A stretch of DNA of 64,000 bases from Candidatus Poribacteria bacterium (GTDB lineage: Bacteria > Poribacteria > WGA-4E > PCPOR2b): positions 832,001-896,000 of the forward strand of contig OZ244042.1 of NCBI GenBank assembly GCA_965215015.1, in the 5' to 3' direction. The notes beneath the pieces are model-generated. The model worked only from the letters and a program-made list of their open reading frames with translations, had not been told where the DNA came from and made no database searches. A program made the position numbers and the translations under genes. Below are positions 59,676 to 64,000 of this stretch, in pieces. Within the stretch, counting starts at the first letter, position 1, and each line of letters starts with the position of its first letter.

Positions 59676-60707
59676 CTAATCAACAACCTCCAGCAGATGC
59701 CCAATAATCTGATCCGGGGCAACCCCCTCTGCTTCGCCTTCAAAACTGAGGATGAGTCGATGGCGCAGGCTCGGCAGCGCGGCCGCTTGAATATCCGCCC
59801 GTGCGACGTTGTAACGCCCATCCAAAATGGCTTTGACCTTACCTGCAAGGATCAACGCTTGGGCACCGCGGGGGCTTGAACCGTAGCGGACATACTTTTT
59901 CGTGAGCTCCGGTGCGTCCTCCGATTCGGGATGCGTGCTTAACACAATGCGGAGGGCATACCTACGCACATCCTCTGCGATGAGAATATCACGCACAATC
60001 TGCTCTAAGCCGTTGATCTGCTCGCCATCGCAAACCTTCTCGACGAGAGGCATCTCCCGCTTCGTCGTACGCTCCATAACGAGGTCAAGTTCATCAAGGC
60101 TCGGATACTCGACCTTCAGCTTGAAGAAGAACCTGTCTAGTTGGGCTTCGGGGAGTGGATAGGTTCCCTCCATCTCTAGCGGATTTTGCGTTGCCATGAC
60201 GAAAAACGGTCGCTTTAATTCGTGAGGTGTGCCTGCGACCGTCACGGATTTTTCCTGCATCGCTTCGAGCAGTGCCGACTGTGTTTTGGGTGTCGCGCGG
60301 TTGATCTCGTCGGCGAGAATCAGATTGGCAAACACAGGTCCCCGCTGAAATTCAAAGAACTTGCGTCCACCTTCATCTTCGGCGACAACGTTGGTGCCGA
60401 TGATGTCCGCGGGCATCAGATCTGGTGTAAATTGTATTCGGGAGAACCCCAGATCGAGCACCTCGTGGAGCGTCCGAATCAGCAGCGTTTTCCCTAAACC
60501 GGGAACGCCTTCTAAGAGGGCGTGTCCACCCGTCATCAAACAAATTAGCACACCTTCAATAATTTCCTGCTGTCCAACGATCTGTTTTGAGACCTCGCGC
60601 CGGATGCGATTGAAAGTGTCACGAAATTCCTCGTATTTCTCCTCAAGCTGCTCTGAATCCGTATGAAATTGGGGTTGATCCAGTGACATTTGATTCGTAA
60701 AGCGCAT
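59676..60707 (-). CDS. moxR: MoxR family AAA+ ATPase
   Basis: EGVPGLGKT, RIQFTPDLMPADIIG, LADEINR, ATQNPLEMEGTYPLPEAQLDRF. Exact start uncertain. Confidence 0.95.
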   Translation of the reverse strand: MRFTNQMSLDQPQFHTDSEQLEEKYEEFRDTFNRIRREVSKQIVGQQEIIEGVLICLMTGGHALLEGVPGLGKTLLIRTLHEVLDLGFSRIQFTPDLMPADIIGTNVVAEDEGGRKFFEFQRGPVFANLILADEINRATPKTQSALLEAMQEKSVTVAGTPHELKRPFFVMATQNPLEMEGTYPLPEAQLDRFFFKLKVEYPSLDELDLVMERTTKREMPLVEKVCDGEQINGLEQIVRDILIAEDVRRYALRIVLSTHPESEDAPELTKKYVRYGSSPRGAQALILAGKVKAILDGRYNVARADIQAAALPSLRHRLILSFEGEAEGVAPDQIIGHLLEVVD

Positions 60708-60727
60708 CACGTTACGCTTCACGCCTC

Positions 60728-62191
60728 CTACTCTTCATTCGGTTTGATAGACTCAAAATATCGCTTCACATAGAATCTGTAACCCAACGGGATCTGTTCT
60801 TGAGAAAGCGCGTCCTCAGAGAGCTTGTGGTATTTGGTATAGACCTCTTTATAACTGTCTTCCGTGCTTTGTCCATCGGTGGAGGTTGTGGGGTTTCCAA
60901 CAATAGGCACCTCCGTCGTCTCAACCGTAGATTCTCCGGCACCCTGCACGCCTGTAATCCGTTCCAATTGACGGCGGGAGTCAAGGTTGGTCAAAACACC
61001 GAATGGATTGGGATCTGCCCTGGTACCTGCGCCATCGCCTGGACTACCAGTACCCTCGTACGCCTTGCAAATCCCTGCCTTAGAAGCCTGGCATTGAGCA
61101 AACAGGTTTTCCAGTAGCCGGTTGCGTTGCTTCGCAAGTGCACAAGCTAATAAATTCTGTCCCCCCTTTTGGAGACACTCTTGAGCTTCCTCAATATCAT
61201 TTTGTGTCAACGCCGTTGCGGCTTTGGTCAATTCGTTCCCGAACGGTTCAACCTTCGTTCTCCTCACGCTCGATCCACCACGTTGGAGCGCGTCAGCGAT
61301 GTTTTGGCGTTGCTCGGAATTGAACTGATCGAGTTTGTTGGACAAATTAAACAGACGTTCTGCTGCCCTTTCATATTTCCTCTCCTTCAAAGCATAGCCG
61401 AAGTCACTCAAATTGGGATTGGCGATAAACTGTTCCCCAAGCCGCTTCATGAGTGCATCTACCTTCGCAACTCCCGCCTTATCCATCTTTGCTGATAACA
61501 TCTCAGTCATTTCGGTCAGCTTGGCGAGGGCTTCTTTCGGCGTAATCCCTGCCCGCTTGAGTTCAAGTGCCTTCTCTTCGATCTCTTGTAATGTATATTT
61601 TAGACCAACTTCCTCGGCTGCCTTTTCGGCTCCCTCAATCTGTTTTAGCAGGTAATCTGTTTCGGCGAATATCTGCGGGGAGAAGTCAACTGTCGCGGGT
61701 GCTTCAGGCGGGTCGAAAAATTCAATAAAAGAGAACGCCAGCCCCACGACCAAAATCAACACAAGGAACTTGATTTCACCTGGAATGGAATAGCGTACAA
61801 CCTCCTTTGCCGTCACCGATTGTAGGCGGTCAGAGGTGTCTTTGAGTTGTAACGCTGTCAGCATCTCATGGGTCTGACGCTGAATAAACTCCAACCCACT
61901 CACAACCCGATCTTTCAAGGCTGCCTTGACATCAATTGTTCGGGCGGCTTCATGGAGGTTAATCGGGCGCAACAAACTCACGATTAACGCGATGGATGAG
62001 AGACCGAGCCCGGTCCAAAGTAGGACGAGGGGTGAAATATCAAATGTCGCGACGAAACTATCGGCGGCAAACAACGGCACGCATATTAGCATCCCGTAAC
62101 ATAGAAATCTTGCTAGTGTTTGGAATGCCCGCTGCACGTTCAAACGACGGCGTACACTGCGAATCTTTTCGAGAATCAGTTGTTCAGACAT
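60728..62191 (-). CDS. MoxR-operon membrane / coiled-coil protein
   Basis: N-terminal TMs, AARTID..LKDRVVSGLEF, C-terminal EQIPLGYRFYVKRYF. Confidence 0.7.
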   Translation of the reverse strand: MSEQLILEKIRSVRRRLNVQRAFQTLARFLCYGMLICVPLFAADSFVATFDISPLVLLWTGLGLSSIALIVSLLRPINLHEAARTIDVKAALKDRVVSGLEFIQRQTHEMLTALQLKDTSDRLQSVTAKEVVRYSIPGEIKFLVLILVVGLAFSFIEFFDPPEAPATVDFSPQIFAETDYLLKQIEGAEKAAEEVGLKYTLQEIEEKALELKRAGITPKEALAKLTEMTEMLSAKMDKAGVAKVDALMKRLGEQFIANPNLSDFGYALKERKYERAAERLFNLSNKLDQFNSEQRQNIADALQRGGSSVRRTKVEPFGNELTKAATALTQNDIEEAQECLQKGGQNLLACALAKQRNRLLENLFAQCQASKAGICKAYEGTGSPGDGAGTRADPNPFGVLTNLDSRRQLERITGVQGAGESTVETTEVPIVGNPTTSTDGQSTEDSYKEVYTKYHKLSEDALSQEQIPLGYRFYVKRYFESIKPNEE

Positions 62192-62271
62192 CTGTTCGGC
62201 TCCTTTCTAATTTTAGACATCAATCAAAGATTGGGCTGCATTCATATCGGAGCGTATATTCCGTTCAACAA

Positions 62272-62949
62272 CTACTCCGCTTTCTTCGCTATAAGTCGAA
62301 TGACCGCCGCCGTTCCTTTGTGCATCCCTTCATCAAGCTCCACGACGGTGTCTTCATAGTAGAGTATCCGTAACGACTTGAAGTGTTCCAAGAGTTCGCT
62401 GGGTTTTATAAGATAGTCTGGATTTCTCGGACCAAAGCCGCTGGTTTCCCTGTATCTGAGGTGGTCTATCGAGAACTGCTCGAGGATAAACATGCCACCC
62501 GGTTTGAGCCCTTCAATAACCTGCGGGAAGATTGACGGATCGTAATAGTAAAAATTGGTGATTAGGTCAAACTGCGCTTCACCCATGTCATAATCCGTCA
62601 AATCGGCGACAACAGCGTTGACCCTTGTGTTTCGTTCTTTCGCTAGCTTGTTGCATTTTTTGATGGCAACTTCGGAAATGTCTACGCCTGTGACATCAAA
62701 GCCATTTTGGGCAAGATAGACCGCATTGCGCCCCTCTCCCATCGCCAAGACGAGCGCAGCCCCCTCCCTGAGTCCACCAATTTTCTGCTTGAGGAAGGCG
62801 GCAGGTTCTTTGCCGTAGATATACATATCGCGGTCATAACGTTCATCCCAGCGCGCTTTCGTTGCCTCGGATTCGCTCTCATCTTGCGGTGAGGCGATTG
62901 GACTTAACAGAAACAGCCCAAGGGTTGTGAGAATGATTGGATATTTCAT
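62272..62949 (-). CDS. class I SAM-dependent methyltransferase (TehB-like) with an N-terminal signal peptide
   Basis: WDERY, LVLAMGEGRNAVYLA, GVDIS, LKPGG. Hydrophobic N-terminus. Confidence 0.85.
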   Translation of the reverse strand: MKYPIILTTLGLFLLSPIASPQDESESEATKARWDERYDRDMYIYGKEPAAFLKQKIGGLREGAALVLAMGEGRNAVYLAQNGFDVTGVDISEVAIKKCNKLAKERNTRVNAVVADLTDYDMGEAQFDLITNFYYYDPSIFPQVIEGLKPGGMFILEQFSIDHLRYRETSGFGPRNPDYLIKPSELLEHFKSLRILYYEDTVVELDEGMHKGTAAVIRLIAKKAE

Positions 62950-63009
62950 AATTTTCTCCTTACTTACGAGGTTTGTTCAGTAATTTTCAAATACGCTTGC
63001 ATGACACTC

Positions 63010-64000
63010 TTATTCTCCCGGGAACACCAAATCCGCAAAGGGTTCCCCATCTGCGTCGGTCAGTCTCAGGTAAAATCCCCAAAAGCCCATTTCATCGCAG
63101 AGTTTAACGAGGATGCTGTTTTCACCTGCTTTGAGTGTCACCGGAATGGCATTCTGATCGATTGCTGCAGAACGGGATTCACTATATGCGAATACCTCCT
63201 CACCATTCAACCAAACTTTCGCTTGATCGTTGCTGCCGAGGCGGATTTGGGCTTCCCGTTCGTCGGGTGCGGTAACGACTGTCCACGCATACGCCGTGAC
63301 CCAATTTGCCTTCCCACCACAGATTTTGTCGAGATCGACAAAGCCATCAACGGTATCATCAACCCGCTTTTTCCAACCGACCTGCCCATCGACCCCGTCG
63401 TATTTTGCAGCCGTATCGATCTGCGTTGTATCTTCCGGGATATACACTTCATTGTAACCGATTCCATCCGTATTGTTAAATGGACCGATAATTGACCACG
63501 CACTCTCGGGGATAAAGCCGGTTTTGTTCGCATAATCTTTGGCTTTGTCGGACTGGTCATGTTCACTGTAGTATTTAGCGAGCGCGACATTGGCAAGTAG
63601 CTGGATGGTCAGATTGTCTGGCAGAGCGTTCATCAGTTTCTCTACCATCTCAACATAATGTCCTTCGTCCTTGGCTTTCTCGCCGGCTTGGGCGACTGCC
63701 CGCCACAGTTGCTGCGCTGGATCTTCTGGGGTCGTGCCGTGCTGGTACATGTTGTTCGCCCTCCGTTTGAACTGTTCCAATGCCTCTTCATACCGCTCGT
63801 TGGCGAGATATGCATGGCCCAAGGTCGAAGCGTAATGCGAAGATCTACCGATTTGCGAAGCACGTTCCGCGAGTTCCAACGCCTTCCCCGGCATGATTTC
63901 TTTATTGAGAAGCTGATTGGCGAGGTGCTGATAGTCCCAAGCCTGTTGTCTTTGGTTCGCCTCTTTTTGACGAATCTCCAACCACTTGGTGTATTCGGTA
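63010..64000 (-). CDS. C-terminal part of a TPR protein with a galactose-binding/PA14-like domain (5' end outside the window)
   Basis: TPR-like helices, WSIIGPF, AYAWT, LGSNDQAKVWLNG, LKAGENSILVK. Confidence 0.75.
   Translation of the reverse strand, partial: TEYTKWLEIRQKEANQRQQAWDYQHLANQLLNKEIMPGKALELAERASQIGRSSHYASTLGHAYLANERYEEALEQFKRRANNMYQHGTTPEDPAQQLWRAVAQAGEKAKDEGHYVEMVEKLMNALPDNLTIQLLANVALAKYYSEHDQSDKAKDYANKTGFIPESAWSIIGPFNNTDGIGYNEVYIPEDTTQIDTAAKYDGVDGQVGWKKRVDDTVDGFVDLDKICGGKANWVTAYAWTVVTAPDEREAQIRLGSNDQAKVWLNGEEVFAYSESRSAAIDQNAIPVTLKAGENSILVKLCDEMGFWGFYLRLTDADGEPFADLVFPGE

Overview
A gene-dense 64 kb bacterial chromosomal segment, probably from Candidatus Poribacteria or a similar sponge-associated lineage. 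This is an inference from several PhyH dioxygenases, ankyrin proteins and a remnant C-terminal 'GRNxLGExVASGxYFYTLTAG..RRMLILK' tail. Most genes are metabolic: GGT, amidohydrolases, Gfo/Idh/MocA oxidoreductases, a DegT aminotransferase, msrA, mmsA, bioD, an N-methylglutamate cluster (mgsABC/glxBCD plus gmaS), pgsA and a MoxR-DUF58-VWA operon. Accessory modules are a TcmP/DUF5131 pair, a CfrBI-family restriction-modification system and CotH-ankyrin/ankyrin proteins. There are many gene remnants and several families of small dispersed inverted repeats. The standout is a two-gene minus-strand unit at 16737-20582. An ECF sigma factor with its own GAACTT-N16-GTCATT promoter is followed by a 1039-aa single polypeptide that joins the conserved core blocks of RNA polymerase beta and beta' in order. 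It keeps NADFDGD, FED, GDKxxxRHGxKG, RMN and the clamp helices, and lacks the beta lobe, flap, Zn-binding domain and trigger loop, so it looks like a miniature fused two-barrel RNA polymerase. An atypical sigma-54-like protein lies about 20 kb away. No rRNA, tRNA or CRISPR array was seen. All assignments come from reading motifs by eye; no searches were run.
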